Source of the DNA: an uncultured delta proteobacterium
GTDB taxonomy: Bacteria > Desulfobacterota > Binatia > UBA9968
Direction: 5' to 3'
Length of the DNA: 64,000 bases
NCBI GenBank assembly: GCA_963804165.1
Contig: CAWDPO010000043.1
Span: 192,001-256,000, forward strand
Numbering within the stretch: the first letter of the stretch is position 1; each line of letters begins with the position of its first letter. Positions 1 to 10,649 of this stretch are shown one piece after another. The notes below the pieces were generated by a model. It was not told the origin of the DNA. It worked only from the letters and a program-made list of their open reading frames with translations, and did no database searches. The translations under genes were made by a program, and so were the position numbers.

Positions 1-1401
1 CGTGCCGGCCTCACGGTGGCCGTTGCCGGTATCTTTGACGCCGCCGAAAGGCAGATGAACTTCGGCGCCGATGGTCGGTCCATTGATGTAAGTAATGCCC
101 GCTTCGATGTCGCGCATGGCGCGAAATGCCCGAGCGACATCCTGAGTATAAATCGAGCTCGACAAACCGTACGACGTGCCGTTCAACACCTCGATCGCTT
201 CCTCGAAGCTTGTGACCTCGATAATCGACAGCACCGGACCGAAGACTTCTTCCTGCGCGATGCGCATGGTCGGCTTGACCTGGTCAAAGATCGTCGGTTG
301 GAAGAAGTAACCCTTCCCGCAAGAGCCGGCGTCGTGAATGGCGCCGCCGATCAGCAATCGGGCGCCTTCCTGCTTGCCGATATCGATATAACGCAACACT
401 TTCTCCCGCGCCGGGTGGTTGATCAACGGCCCCATGTCGACGCTTTCGTCGAGGCCGTCGCCGATCTTGATTTTCTGCGCGCGCGCTACCAGAGCACCGG
501 TGACCGTCTTCGCGACATCGCGATGCACGATCAATCGGCTCGTCGCCGTACAACGCTGGCCGGTGGTGCCGAAGGCGCCCCACAGCGCACCTTCGACGGC
601 GAGCTCCAGGTCGGCGTCTTCCATCACGACCTGCGCGTTCTTGCCGCCGAGCTCCAATGAGACGCGCTTCAAATGTTGACCGCATACCGCCGCGATCTCC
701 CGTCCGACGGCAGCCGAGCCGGTGAATGACACCAGTTGAACGTCCGGGTGGCGCACCAGCGCCGCGCCGACTTCTTCGCCGCTTCCATGCACCAAATTCA
801 CCACGCCGGGTGGGATGCCCGCTTCGGCGAGAATCTCGACCAGCCGCTGTGCCGTATGCGGCGTGTCCTCCGCCGGCTTGAGCACGACGGTATTGCCGCA
901 AAGCAGCGCGGGAAACATTTTCCAGGTCGGTATCGCCATGGGAAAGTTCCAGGGCGTGATTAGCGCGCACACTCCGATCGGCATGCGCACGGACATGGCG
1001 AATTTGTTCGGCAGCTCCGCCGGCGTCGTCTCGCCGAAAAGCCGCCGGCCCTCGCCGGCGACGTAGAACGCGGTGTCAACACCTTCTTGCACGTCGCCGC
1101 GGGTCTCTTTGAGAATCTTGCCCATCTCGCGTGTCATGCCGCGCGCGATGTCTTCCTTGTACTTGCGCAACAAATCACCCACGCGGTAGAGAAGCTCACC
1201 GCGTTTAGGCGCGGGCACGAGACGCCAGGAGGCGAATGCTCTCTTTGCCGCTTGCACCGCTAGGTCGACATCGTCCGCTGCCGAAGCCGGGAAAAGACCG
1301 ATCAAATCGTCGCGGTTGGCGGGATTGCGATTTTCAAACGTCTGTCCCGCTGAAGCCGCAAGCCATTTGCCGTCGATATAATTTTTGCAGAGCTCAGCCA
1401 T
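1..1401 (-). CDS. NAD(P)-dependent aldehyde dehydrogenase (3' end runs off the window)
   Basis: Hand translation from ATG 1401: [13 protein letters not shown]...ITPWNFP...KPAE...FTGSAAVG...LELGGKNA...GQRCTA...EEVFGPV...[11 protein letters not shown], all canonical ALDH motifs. Absent from the ORF track because no stop lies inside the window. Confidence 0.95.
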   Translation of the reverse strand, partial: MAELCKNYIDGKWLAASAGQTFENRNPANRDDLIGLFPASAADDVDLAVQAAKRAFASWRLVPAPKRGELLYRVGDLLRKYKEDIARGMTREMGKILKETRGDVQEGVDTAFYVAGEGRRLFGETTPAELPNKFAMSVRMPIGVCALITPWNFPMAIPTWKMFPALLCGNTVVLKPAEDTPHTAQRLVEILAEAGIPPGVVNLVHGSGEEVGAALVRHPDVQLVSFTGSAAVGREIAAVCGQHLKRVSLELGGKNAQVVMEDADLELAVEGALWGAFGTTGQRCTATSRLIVHRDVAKTVTGALVARAQKIKIGDGLDESVDMGPLINHPAREKVLRYIDIGKQEGARLLIGGAIHDAGSCGKGYFFQPTIFDQVKPTMRIAQEEVFGPVLSIIEVTSFEEAIEVLNGTSYGLSSSIYTQDVARAFRAMRDIEAGITYINGPTIGAEVHLPFGGVKDTGNGHREAGT

Positions 1402-1601
1402 GATGACCTCTCCGTGTTCGGTTTTGATCATTGCTTCGCGCGGGGCAAAGATAGCGATATTCTAAAGGTCCCCCATCGAGAACACAACGCGAACTGTCCC
1501 GTAACGGGTAACCCTAACGTTCGTCACAGGAGCTCCGCTGCGTGATCTACCTAGGTCGGACCGCCCACGTTCCACCGCGGTCAACCGGCCGAAGGATACC
1601 C

Positions 1602-1630
1602 TTTACAACCACGGCCACCGCTGATATTTA
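1602..1630 (+). promoter_or_regulatory. sigma70-type promoter for the TctA-TctB gene
   Basis: TTTACA-N17-TATTTA with TG extended -10, about 40 nt upstream of ATG 1673; GGAGG RBS lies between them. Confidence 0.5.
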
Positions 1631-1672
1631 GCGTCGAACGCGGTGCCGCGCCGGCTGGAGGTTTGGATCGTC

Positions 1673-3706
1673 ATGGACATGTTAAATGCATTAGTTTCCG
1701 GTTTTCTGCAGTGCTTCAACTTGTCGACATTCAATCTGATGATAGTCGGAATTGCCATCGGCTTTGTCGTCGGAATCTTACCGGGACTGGGCGGTCCAAC
1801 AGCGATGGCTCTCATGCTGCCGTTCGTATTCAAAATGAATGCGGTCGAGGCATTTGCGTTCTTGCTCGGCATGACCGCCGTAACATCAACTACGGGCGAT
1901 ATCACGTCCGTGCTCTTCGGCGTTCCCGGCGAACCGACCACCGCGTCGACCATCGTTGACGGCCATGCCATGGCGCGAAATGGAGAAGCGGGACGGGCTT
2001 TAGGAGCGGTGCTGATGAGCTCGCTCGTAGGCGCCGTGTTTGCCGGCGTCGCGCTCGGCATCGCAGTGCCGGTCATTCGACCGTTGGTGCTTTCCTTTGG
2101 CTCGCCGGAGTTTTTTATGCTGGCGATTCTTGGCATCTCTTTCGTCGCTGCTCTTAGCGGTGAAGACGTCCTCAAAGGCATTGTCTCCGGCGGTATCGGG
2201 CTGATGCTCGCGACCATTGGATTGGACCCGATTTCCGGGATTCAGCGCTATACTTTTGGTCAACTTTTTCTTTGGGACGGCGTTGGTCTCGTGCCGATCA
2301 CCATTGGCTTTTACGCCATTCCGGAGACCATCGAGCTTGCTGTCCTCGGCACCAGTATCGCCAAACAGGAAGTGGGCAACTTGGGTGGAGTTATGGAAGG
2401 CGTCAAGGACACCTTTCGTCATTGGTGGCTGGTCATCCGCTGCAGCGCGCTGGGCACCTTTACGGCGATCATCCCTGGGATGGGCGCGGCGACGACGCAG
2501 TGGCTGGCGTACGCCCACGCCGTCCAAAGCTCGCCGGATAAAGAACGGTTTGGCAAAGGGGATGTTCGCGGGGTACTGGGGCCAGGCGCGGCCAACAATT
2601 CCACCTTGGGCGGCAGCTTGATCACCACAATCGCCTTCGGCGTTCCGGCGAGCGTCGTCATGGCGATCCTGCTCGGCGCATTTATCATTCAGGGGATCGT
2701 GCCCGGCCCCGATATGTTGCTTCCTCCGCCCAAAGGCAAACTTGATCTTACGTATTCTTTCGTCTGGGTCATCATTATTTCCAACATGATTACGGTAGCG
2801 GTTTGCTTTCTGTTCCTGAAACCCCTCGCCAAAGTTACTCAAGTGCGCGGCAGCATTATCATCCCGATCATTCTTGTGCTGATCTATCTGGGCGCGTTTG
2901 CCGAAAAAAACGCCTTTGAAGACATGATCATCGTGCTCTTCTTCGGCGCCCTAGGCTGGATCATGGAAAAGATGGACTGGCCGCGCCCGCCGGTGCTGTT
3001 GGGACTGGTACTCGGACCACTGGCGGAGAACCGGCTTTTTCTATCCACGGATAACTACGGCTTGGCGTGGACTTCTCGGCCTGGGGTTATAGGAATTTTT
3101 GTTCTAACGCTGTTCGGTATCTTCTATCCCATATTCAAGAATCGTAGACAAAACCGGGAAAAGGCGAACGCAGAAAAAACTCCCGGGAGCGCGGCAAAAG
3201 AATCAACCGAACGTCAGATGCACTTTGGGGCTGCGGCGCTTTTTACAGTTGCCGTTATCGTTCTGCTCGCATTGGCACTATGGCAAAGCCGGAATTTCGG
3301 TTATCGCGCTGGACTTTTTCCTTGGGTTATCGGTATCCCGACGCTCATCTTGGCCATCGCGCAGCTTGGCCGGGATCTATATGGGAAAAAGGCAAGAAGA
3401 ATACGCGGACTGGCGGAGTCGGTCGAAGCCAAAGTCGATGTAGAGCCAAGGATTGTCAGACAAAGAACCACTTCGATCCTCTGCTGGACTGTCGGTTTCT
3501 TCCTGGCGATATGGCTGCTCGGATTTAGTTACGCCGTGCCGCTCACGATCCTGCTTTATCTAAGGTTCGCCGGCAAGGAAAAATGGCCGATGACGATTGC
3601 GGTTACGTTTTTCTCCTGGTTGTTCTACTGGAGCCTATTCGAAAAATTATTGAAAGTTCCTTTCCCCGAAGGTTATCTAATTAGTTTGTTCATGGGAAGC
3701 CAATAA
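1673..3706 (+). CDS. tctA: Tripartite tricarboxylate transporter TctA fused to a C-terminal TctB-like domain
   Basis: GILPGLGG, GVPGEPTT..TIVDGHAMA, PGAANNS, GIVPGP and PVLLGLVLGPLAE are TctA motifs; an extra ~160-aa TM domain ending LFEKLLKVPFPEG is TctB-like. Confidence 0.9.
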   Translation: MDMLNALVSGFLQCFNLSTFNLMIVGIAIGFVVGILPGLGGPTAMALMLPFVFKMNAVEAFAFLLGMTAVTSTTGDITSVLFGVPGEPTTASTIVDGHAMARNGEAGRALGAVLMSSLVGAVFAGVALGIAVPVIRPLVLSFGSPEFFMLAILGISFVAALSGEDVLKGIVSGGIGLMLATIGLDPISGIQRYTFGQLFLWDGVGLVPITIGFYAIPETIELAVLGTSIAKQEVGNLGGVMEGVKDTFRHWWLVIRCSALGTFTAIIPGMGAATTQWLAYAHAVQSSPDKERFGKGDVRGVLGPGAANNSTLGGSLITTIAFGVPASVVMAILLGAFIIQGIVPGPDMLLPPPKGKLDLTYSFVWVIIISNMITVAVCFLFLKPLAKVTQVRGSIIIPIILVLIYLGAFAEKNAFEDMIIVLFFGALGWIMEKMDWPRPPVLLGLVLGPLAENRLFLSTDNYGLAWTSRPGVIGIFVLTLFGIFYPIFKNRRQNREKANAEKTPGSAAKESTERQMHFGAAALFTVAVIVLLALALWQSRNFGYRAGLFPWVIGIPTLILAIAQLGRDLYGKKARRIRGLAESVEAKVDVEPRIVRQRTTSILCWTVGFFLAIWLLGFSYAVPLTILLYLRFAGKEKWPMTIAVTFFSWLFYWSLFEKLLKVPFPEGYLISLFMGSQ

Positions 3707-3712
3707 TTTCGA

Positions 3713-6016
3713 TCATTTAGTAGGGCGAGGGCGTACTTGTTGTAATCCCAGCCACACTTTCTCGGGCGTTAGCGGCAAACTATAGAGCCGCAACCCGGTG
3801 GCTTGACAAAGCGCATTACCGATCGCCGACGCGACCGGCAACAATCCACCCTCCCCGGTCCCTTTGGCGCCGAAAGGGCCTGGGCCATTATGACTCTCGA
3901 CGAGAATCGACTCGAAATGTTTCGGCAGCTGGTCAAACGTCGGCACCCGATAGTCGACGAGATTGGGATTTAGGAGTTGTCCATCCTTATAGACCATTTC
4001 TTCAAAAAGACTGTGACCGATCGCATTCATTACGCCACCCTCGTCCTGCCCTTCGCAAAGCACCGGATTGATCGCCTGGCCAACGTCGGCGAGCGAAACA
4101 TATTTTGTCAGTTTGATTTCGCCGCTGTCGCGATCCACTTCGACTTCCGCCGCGCCCCAACTGATCTCCCAGAAAGTCGTCGGCGACCCGAGCGCGGCTT
4201 TCTTGCTCTTGATGTCCTGATAGGCGCCGCGTCCGATGAGTTCTCCGGTTTTGGACAAGAAAATTTTTTGCATAAGCTGTTCAAACGATAGGCTCAGTCC
4301 CTTGAGTCCGTGAATTTTGCCGCCGCGCAGTGACAATCTCTCCGGCTTGGTCTTTAAAAATCGCGCCGCGTAACGCAGCAGCTGCCGTTTCAAATCCTGC
4401 GTCGCGCGTTGCACTGAAAGGCCCATGACCACGGTCGAGCTGCTCGCGTTCGTGTTGACGTCGTAGGGCGTGACGTCGGTATCGAGTTGTGCCACGGTCA
4501 CAGCTTCGAACGGCAGACCCAATTCTTCGGCGACCACTTGGCTCAATGCGGTACGCGCTCCTTGACCGACTTCGACGGTTCCGGTCAAAAGGACGACGCT
4601 GCCGTCGGCGTTCATCTTGACGGCCGCAGACGAAACTTTGTAAGTGCCGCCGCCGTCTTTCATACAGACCGCGAGACCTTTGCCGCGGTTCGGCTTATTT
4701 TTGTCGCTCCAGCCGATTTCTTTCGCCGCGCGCAGCAAACCCGCTCTGAGATCGCAATCCACGGGAGTATCGCCCGCAGTGTAGGCTTCGCCTTTTTTTA
4801 AGAGATTTTTCAGACGGAACTGCAACGGATCGAGTCCAAGCTTCGCAGCGATGATATCCATTTGCGATTCGTACGCCCAGGTCACTTGCAGCGTGCCGAA
4901 GCCGCGATAGGCGCCCGCCGGAACCGTGTTCGTGTAGACTGTATAGGCATCGGTTTGCATATGCGGGAAACGGTAAGGGCCGAAACATCGGTAACCGGCC
5001 TTTTGTGTTACGCGCGGGCCGGCGTCGGCGTAGGCGCCGGTCTCCATGTAAATCAGGCATTGACGCGCTACCAGCTTACCGTCATTCATCACCCCGGTCT
5101 TGATCGTGACCCGGGCCGGATGGCGCGAAACCGTCTTGAAACTGTCTTCGACGCTATGAACCAAGCGCACCGGCCGTTTCGCTTTCAACGACAGGGCGGC
5201 CGCCAGCGGCTCCGTCTTGACGGCGAGCTTTCCGCCGTAGCCACCACCGAGGTATGGCACAATGATGCGAATCTTATTGAGCGGCAAATGAAATATCTCG
5301 GCCAGGTGCTCGCGCAGCGTAAACGGCTCCTGCGTGCCGGCCCAAAGCGTCAGGCGGTCGCCTTCAAAATGGGCGACGGTCGCGTGCGGCTCCATGGAAA
5401 AATGTTGCACCCGCGGAAAAGTAAATGTGTTTTCAAAAACACGATCGGATTTTTTAAATCCCTCTGCCACACTTCCCTTGGTATAATTGAAACGGTAACA
5501 GAGATTGGTACCGCTGAACTCCTTCGGAGGCTCGTAGCGTTGTCCCATGAGTTCGCCGCCGCTGGCCGAGGCATCGTGCACCAGTGGCGCGCCCGGCGCC
5601 AGCGCCTCGTCTATACTGGTCACCATGGGCAACTCATCATAGTCGACTTCGATCAGGGCTAACGCCTCTTCTGCGATCGCCTCATCCACGGCGGCCACGG
5701 CGGCGACCGGATCGCCGGCATATCGAACCTTGTCGACGGCGACGATCGATTGATCCTTGTAGGCCGCGCCGAACATCCGCAGACCCGCCTGATCCGCGCG
5801 GGTAATCACGGTGAAGACACCGGAAAGTTTTTCCGCCTTACTCGCGTCGACGCGGACTAAACGTGCGTGGGCGTACGGGCTGCGCAGGATTTTGCCGTGG
5901 GCCATTCCCGGCAGCTCCACATCCACGGTATAAATCGCCTTGCCAGTGACTTTGTCATCCCCATCCGAGCGCGGTTCCGCGTGTCCGATCACTTGATAGG
6001 TGTGTGCCAGCTTCAT
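3713..6016 (-). CDS. Xanthine dehydrogenase family molybdopterin-binding large subunit
   Basis: KVTGKAIY, LRSPYAHA, GGGYGGK, AYRGFG, EVGQGART, GAKGTGE motifs; 767 aa. Confidence 0.92.
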   Translation of the reverse strand: MKLAHTYQVIGHAEPRSDGDDKVTGKAIYTVDVELPGMAHGKILRSPYAHARLVRVDASKAEKLSGVFTVITRADQAGLRMFGAAYKDQSIVAVDKVRYAGDPVAAVAAVDEAIAEEALALIEVDYDELPMVTSIDEALAPGAPLVHDASASGGELMGQRYEPPKEFSGTNLCYRFNYTKGSVAEGFKKSDRVFENTFTFPRVQHFSMEPHATVAHFEGDRLTLWAGTQEPFTLREHLAEIFHLPLNKIRIIVPYLGGGYGGKLAVKTEPLAAALSLKAKRPVRLVHSVEDSFKTVSRHPARVTIKTGVMNDGKLVARQCLIYMETGAYADAGPRVTQKAGYRCFGPYRFPHMQTDAYTVYTNTVPAGAYRGFGTLQVTWAYESQMDIIAAKLGLDPLQFRLKNLLKKGEAYTAGDTPVDCDLRAGLLRAAKEIGWSDKNKPNRGKGLAVCMKDGGGTYKVSSAAVKMNADGSVVLLTGTVEVGQGARTALSQVVAEELGLPFEAVTVAQLDTDVTPYDVNTNASSSTVVMGLSVQRATQDLKRQLLRYAARFLKTKPERLSLRGGKIHGLKGLSLSFEQLMQKIFLSKTGELIGRGAYQDIKSKKAALGSPTTFWEISWGAAEVEVDRDSGEIKLTKYVSLADVGQAINPVLCEGQDEGGVMNAIGHSLFEEMVYKDGQLLNPNLVDYRVPTFDQLPKHFESILVESHNGPGPFGAKGTGEGGLLPVASAIGNALCQATGLRLYSLPLTPEKVWLGLQQVRPRPTK

Positions 6017-6019
6017 CCG

Positions 6020-7345
6020 TCAACCTCGGTCGCCATAGTTTCGCCGAATCCAGTCAATCGCCTGCTCGCGGTCTTCCAACTCGCCGCCGAGCTGATGATC
6101 CTCCACTTGCCGTAGGATGTCCGCGAAGATCGGTCCCGGAGTGAATCCCAGGGCGATCAAATCATCGCCGCGCACCAGCGGTGGCGGACGAATTTCTCCT
6201 TCATTCAGTTCTGCCAAGCGGGCTTTGCAAAACTGATAGTATTGCAAATCGCCGTTGGACGCCAAAGCGTCGATCCGCGTCAGTTCCAGAAGCTCCTCGA
6301 TGCCCTCTTCGCGCAGGAAACGCTTGAGGGTGGTCAAGCGCATTTGCGGCGCCTGGACATGGCGCAGATGATTGCGTACCAAGTAAGCGACTCGTTCCCA
6401 AGTGGCGCGGCCACGCTTGAGACGTTTGAGAATTTCTTCGGCCATGACCGCGCCCTTCTCGGTATGGCCGTAGAAAGTGATGCGCTCCGCCTCTTGTCGG
6501 AAACAGACCGGTTTTGCAACGTCGTGCAATAAGCAGCCATAAGCCAGGGTTTCCGAAGGCGCCTCCAGGTGGCCGAGAAGCAACAACGTATGGTTGAAGA
6601 CATCGCCTTCAGGATGGTAGTCCGGACTTTGCCGGGTTCCTTTCAGTGCCACGATCTCCGGCAATAGAACTTGCAGCAAACCGCTCGTATCCAACAGCTC
6701 AAAGCCGCGGCGCGCGCCGCCTTCGGTCAGGATACGCGTGACTTCGTCGCCGATGCGCTCCCAGGCAATCTGCGTAATTGTGGCAGCTGACTTTTCAATC
6801 GCGGCAAACGTCGCCTCGTCGATTGCGAAACCAAGACTGGCAGCAATACGCACGGCACGGATCATGCGTAGCCGGTCTTCTTCGAATCGTTGTTCGGCGT
6901 TGCCAATGGCACGGACGAGACGCCGTTCGATATCCTTTTTGCCCTCGACCAAGTCGATGACGCGGTCATCGACGGGATCGTAAACCATGCCGTTGATCGT
7001 AAAATCGCGGCGGCGGATGTCCTCTTCGAGACTACCAAAGCGCACGTTACTGGGATGACGCCCATCCAAATAGGGCCCGTCATGGCGATAGCTCGCCACC
7101 TCAAAAGGGTGTCCGTCGAGCAGCACCAAGATCACGCCGAATTGAACGCCGACCGGAATCGTGTCGGGAAAAATTCTCTGGACGTCTTCCGGCCTGGCAT
7201 TGGTTGCGATGTCATAGTCCTGCGGCGCTTTGTTGAGCAACATATCGCGCACGCAACCGCCGGCGAAAAAGGCCTCATAGCCTGCGGCACGCAGACCGCT
7301 AACGATGGAAATAGCTCTATCCTGTGCAGACACAAGCGTGCTCAC
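6020..7345 (-). CDS. cca: CCA tRNA nucleotidyltransferase / poly(A) polymerase family with HD domain
   Basis: GGCVRD, DYDIAT, RRDFTIN, EDRLRMIRA, HPEGDVFNHT, LLHDVAKP. Confidence 0.9.
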   Translation of the reverse strand: MSTLVSAQDRAISIVSGLRAAGYEAFFAGGCVRDMLLNKAPQDYDIATNARPEDVQRIFPDTIPVGVQFGVILVLLDGHPFEVASYRHDGPYLDGRHPSNVRFGSLEEDIRRRDFTINGMVYDPVDDRVIDLVEGKKDIERRLVRAIGNAEQRFEEDRLRMIRAVRIAASLGFAIDEATFAAIEKSAATITQIAWERIGDEVTRILTEGGARRGFELLDTSGLLQVLLPEIVALKGTRQSPDYHPEGDVFNHTLLLLGHLEAPSETLAYGCLLHDVAKPVCFRQEAERITFYGHTEKGAVMAEEILKRLKRGRATWERVAYLVRNHLRHVQAPQMRLTTLKRFLREEGIEELLELTRIDALASNGDLQYYQFCKARLAELNEGEIRPPPLVRGDDLIALGFTPGPIFADILRQVEDHQLGGELEDREQAIDWIRRNYGDRG

Positions 7346-7393
7346 ACCTGAAATGATGTTCGAATGTCGTTGAGAAGTCGAACGCGCAGCGAA

Positions 7394-7780
7394 TCAGAGC
7401 GGATAGGTCGTGCTCGCTGAGGGGATCAATTCCCGCACCTTGCCTTGAAGTTCTTGGAAAGTAAAAGGCTTGACAAGGTAACCGTTGCATCCAGCTTCGA
7501 TACAGCTCTTGAGATCGGAATCGCGAAACAGCGCCGTGGCAGCCAAAATCGGAATGTCTTTCGTCTCGGAATTCGCTCGAAGTTCGCGCGCCGCCTCCCA
7601 GCCGTCCATGCCGGGCATCATGATATCCATGATGATCAGCTCTGGCTTTTCGCTGAGCGCCTTTTCGACGCCTTCTTTGCCGCGCCGAGCGGCGATCGGC
7701 ACGAAACCCATCAGCTCGATTTGCCAAGTGAGCAATTCACGCATATCCGCATGGTCTTCGATGATCAGAACTTTCTTCAT
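7394..7780 (-). CDS. Single-domain response regulator (CheY/DivK-like)
   Basis: VLIIED, MDIMMPGMDG, ATA, YLVKPF. Confidence 0.92.
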   Translation of the reverse strand: MKKVLIIEDHADMRELLTWQIELMGFVPIAARRGKEGVEKALSEKPELIIMDIMMPGMDGWEAARELRANSETKDIPILAATALFRDSDLKSCIEAGCNGYLVKPFTFQELQGKVRELIPSASTTYPL

Positions 7781-7976
7781 CAGTTATCAGTATCTGCTCG
7801 GGTGAATCTTCCAAGCGGCCAAGACGACAAAACAGCGTAAACTATGCCGCAGCAGGTCGGCGACTGTCAAGCAGTTCGTGCCCGGTAGGCGCGTTTACGG
7901 CTCGATTCAGGAAAGGTGACCGGGCAAGATCTATGGCCATAGCGCACCGAACCCCGAGCGCCGTTTCTTGGCGCTG

Positions 7977-9299
7977 CTATTTTTCGCCAATTTTCTTCAT
8001 GTTTCCAACGATTACCGTTGTAAGGCTTTCAGGTTGCAAGTATTGCTTGGCGACGCGCTGAACATCTTCTCGAGTGACTTTACGGACCAGTTCCGGGTAG
8101 CGGTCGGGATAGTCAAGACCGAGCTGAAAATATTCTACTTGCGCAAGAAAACCAGCCACTCTGCGATTGGTGTCAAATCGCAGAGGAAAGCTTCCGATCA
8201 AGAAGTCTTTGGCGTCGTTTAACTCTTGCTCACTGACCAGCTGCTCTCGGATACGCTGAATCTCGTCGCGGGCGATGCGGATCGCTTCCAGCGCAGTCTC
8301 ATTCTTGGTCTGCATGGCCAATTCGAAACTGCCGTGACTTTTTTCCGCGGCAAAGTAGCTATAGACGGAGTACGCGAGGCCCCGTTCGTTACGAATGGAG
8401 TCCATCACCCGTGACGAAAATCCGCCGCCGCCTAAAATATAATTCGTCACTTGAAGGGCATAGTAGTCCGGATTGCCGCGCGTCACACCGTTGTGGCCGA
8501 GAATGATATTCGCCTGGGTCAATTCCTTATTGACGCGGACATTCTGCGACGCGCCGGTCCGTGTCGGCACCAGGGTTTTACCACCGGGCTCGCCTTTGCT
8601 CCAGTTCCGCAATGCAGTGTTGAGGGCCTGAGCGATTTCCTGTTCCGACACGTCGCCAACCACCGCGATGATCGAACGGTTGGGGCGATAGTAGCGTTTA
8701 AAGAATTCTTGGAGACTTTTTTGTTGCAGCGTTTTAACCGATGCTTCGGTTCCCTCCACGGGTCGTCCGTAAGGGCTCTGCGGAAACAGCGCTGATGAGA
8801 AAGCCTTGCTGGCCAGCGCGCCGGGTTCTTCTTCCGAAGCCTTTATCGAAGCGATGATCGCCTGCTTTTGTCGATCGATCTCGGGCTGCGGAAAGGTCGA
8901 TTGAGTCAAAACTTCGGCCAGCAGTTCCAAACCCGCAGTCAAGTCTTTTTTGAGCACTGTCATGCTTACGTTGGCAACGTTTTGGCCGCATCCCGTCTCC
9001 AGACTGGCGCCCATAAAATCGAGGGTATCGCTGATTTGCAAAGCCGTGCGGCGCGTCGTCCCATAGGTCAGCAATTTTGCCGCCAAATTGGCCAGCCCGG
9101 CTTGGCTGGCGGGCTCATAGCGCGACCCGGCGTCCATCATCAATGCGATTGAAACCATCGGCAGCGCGCGCTGCTCCGAAGTCAACAATACCATGCCGTT
9201 GTTGAGCACCGTTCGTTTGGGCGTCATTCCTCCCTCAGAAGACATCGGGCCGCACAGCATCGCCAGCAAGACGAACAGGCTAAGACGAAGCGCTTTCAT
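7977..9299 (-). CDS. M16 (pitrilysin) family peptidase, non-catalytic subunit
   Basis: Signal peptide; HxxEH replaced by NLAAK; LGGGGFSSR..IRNERGLAYSV; overlaps its catalytic partner by 4 nt. Confidence 0.9.
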   Translation of the reverse strand: MKALRLSLFVLLAMLCGPMSSEGGMTPKRTVLNNGMVLLTSEQRALPMVSIALMMDAGSRYEPASQAGLANLAAKLLTYGTTRRTALQISDTLDFMGASLETGCGQNVANVSMTVLKKDLTAGLELLAEVLTQSTFPQPEIDRQKQAIIASIKASEEEPGALASKAFSSALFPQSPYGRPVEGTEASVKTLQQKSLQEFFKRYYRPNRSIIAVVGDVSEQEIAQALNTALRNWSKGEPGGKTLVPTRTGASQNVRVNKELTQANIILGHNGVTRGNPDYYALQVTNYILGGGGFSSRVMDSIRNERGLAYSVYSYFAAEKSHGSFELAMQTKNETALEAIRIARDEIQRIREQLVSEQELNDAKDFLIGSFPLRFDTNRRVAGFLAQVEYFQLGLDYPDRYPELVRKVTREDVQRVAKQYLQPESLTTVIVGNMKKIGEK

Positions 9300-10612
9300 T
9301 GACCTTTTGTCGGAATCAGAGTCCCGACGGTGCGTTGGTCCGGATTGAGATATTGACGTGCGACGCGGCGGATGTCTTCGCGCGTCACCTTCCGAATACC
9401 GTCGAGGTAACCATCCATCTGCCGCCAGCCGCCCCCTACCTCGTAGTAGCCGATCTTCATCGCTTGGCCGAAGATGGAATCTTGCGCAAAAACAAAACCC
9501 GCTTCGATCTGATTCTTGGCTTTTTGTAATTCCCGGTCGGTAATCAACTCGGATTTCACTTTTCCGAGTACACGGTCGATTTCACCCTCGACTTTTCCCG
9601 GCTCGACACCAGGAAGGAGCTGCGTCGTGACCGAAAAGCCCATCGGGTCGACCGACACGCCGCTGTAGTCGGCGTCGACGCTGCGAACCAAGCGCTTCTG
9701 ATAGACGAGCTCGTGATAGAGCCGGGAGCTGCGCCCGCCCGCAAGCACCACCGACAAGAGGTCGAGGGCGAAGCTGTCGGGGCTTTTGTGATTTGGCGCC
9801 CGATAAAACGTGAGGATGAACGGCAGCTCGGCTTCTTTTTTGAAAGTTAACCGACGCTCGCCGCGCTGCGCCGGCTCTGCGACGCCCACCTGCGGCGGCT
9901 CGGCGCCGCGCGGGATCTTGCCAAACGCGCTGCGGATTTTCGGCATGATCTCGGCGCTGGAGAAATCTCCGACGACAACGATAAACGCGTTGTTCGGCTG
10001 ATAGTAAAGCTTATAAAAATCGACCAGGTCTTGGCGCGTGAGCCCTTGAATGTCTTCCATCCATCCGACCACGGGGCGCCGATAGGGATGAATCGTAAAA
10101 GCGATCGCGCTCGCCACTTCGCTAAGGGCCGACGCCGGATTGTCTTCCGTGCGCAACCGGCGCTCTTCTTGAATCACCTTCTTTTCGGGCTCGAAATAGG
10201 TGTCGCCCAGCAAGGCATTGGCCATCCGATCCGCTTCCAGCCCGAGCTCAATCTCGATCTTGTCGCGGCTCATGGTCGCGAAATAGACAGTCATATCCGA
10301 TGTCGTGAACGCATTCGAACGACCGCCGTTTTTAGCGATAATACGGGAATACTCCTCGGGTCCGGTTGTCGGCGTCCCTTTGAACATCATGTGTTCGAGA
10401 AAATGGGCGAGACCGCTCTTGCCGTCTTTTTCATTGCGCCCGCCGACGCGGTACCAAACTTGAAAAGTGACCGCCGGGCTCTTGTGGTCTTCCAACAGCA
10501 GGACCTTCAGGCCGTTGTCGAGCACAAATTCTTGAACCTGAGCGGCATGTACAGTGGGTCGATGAATAGTCAAGATAAGAATTGTAACAAGCAGAACCCG
10601 GCGATGCCACAT
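9296..10612 (-). CDS. M16 (pitrilysin) family zinc peptidase, catalytic subunit
   Basis: HFLEHMMFKGT, NAFTT, EERR motifs; signal peptide. Confidence 0.93.
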   Translation of the reverse strand: MWHRRVLLVTILILTIHRPTVHAAQVQEFVLDNGLKVLLLEDHKSPAVTFQVWYRVGGRNEKDGKSGLAHFLEHMMFKGTPTTGPEEYSRIIAKNGGRSNAFTTSDMTVYFATMSRDKIEIELGLEADRMANALLGDTYFEPEKKVIQEERRLRTEDNPASALSEVASAIAFTIHPYRRPVVGWMEDIQGLTRQDLVDFYKLYYQPNNAFIVVVGDFSSAEIMPKIRSAFGKIPRGAEPPQVGVAEPAQRGERRLTFKKEAELPFILTFYRAPNHKSPDSFALDLLSVVLAGGRSSRLYHELVYQKRLVRSVDADYSGVSVDPMGFSVTTQLLPGVEPGKVEGEIDRVLGKVKSELITDRELQKAKNQIEAGFVFAQDSIFGQAMKIGYYEVGGGWRQMDGYLDGIRKVTREDIRRVARQYLNPDQRTVGTLIPTKGQ

Positions 10613-10649
10613 GATGTTTCAAGTTAATGGATGAGACCTTAAAGTCAAG

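Noticed and set aside
16-1066. ORF-track calls at 16-660, 284-970, 419-679, 736-963 and 815-1066
   Set aside because: Shadow frames of the minus-strand aldehyde dehydrogenase, which explains the region.
1466-1600. Possible cobalamin riboswitch or ncRNA (ACTGTCCCGTAACGG resembles part of the B12 element)
   Set aside because: The GGGAA..CGGTG core and B12 box are not visible; only short hairpins are present. An Infernal/Rfam scan would settle it.
3713-6016. Aerobic CO dehydrogenase CoxL
   Set aside because: The loop is AYRGFG, not AYxCSFR (form I) or AYxGAGR (form II), and no coxM/coxS is adjacent.
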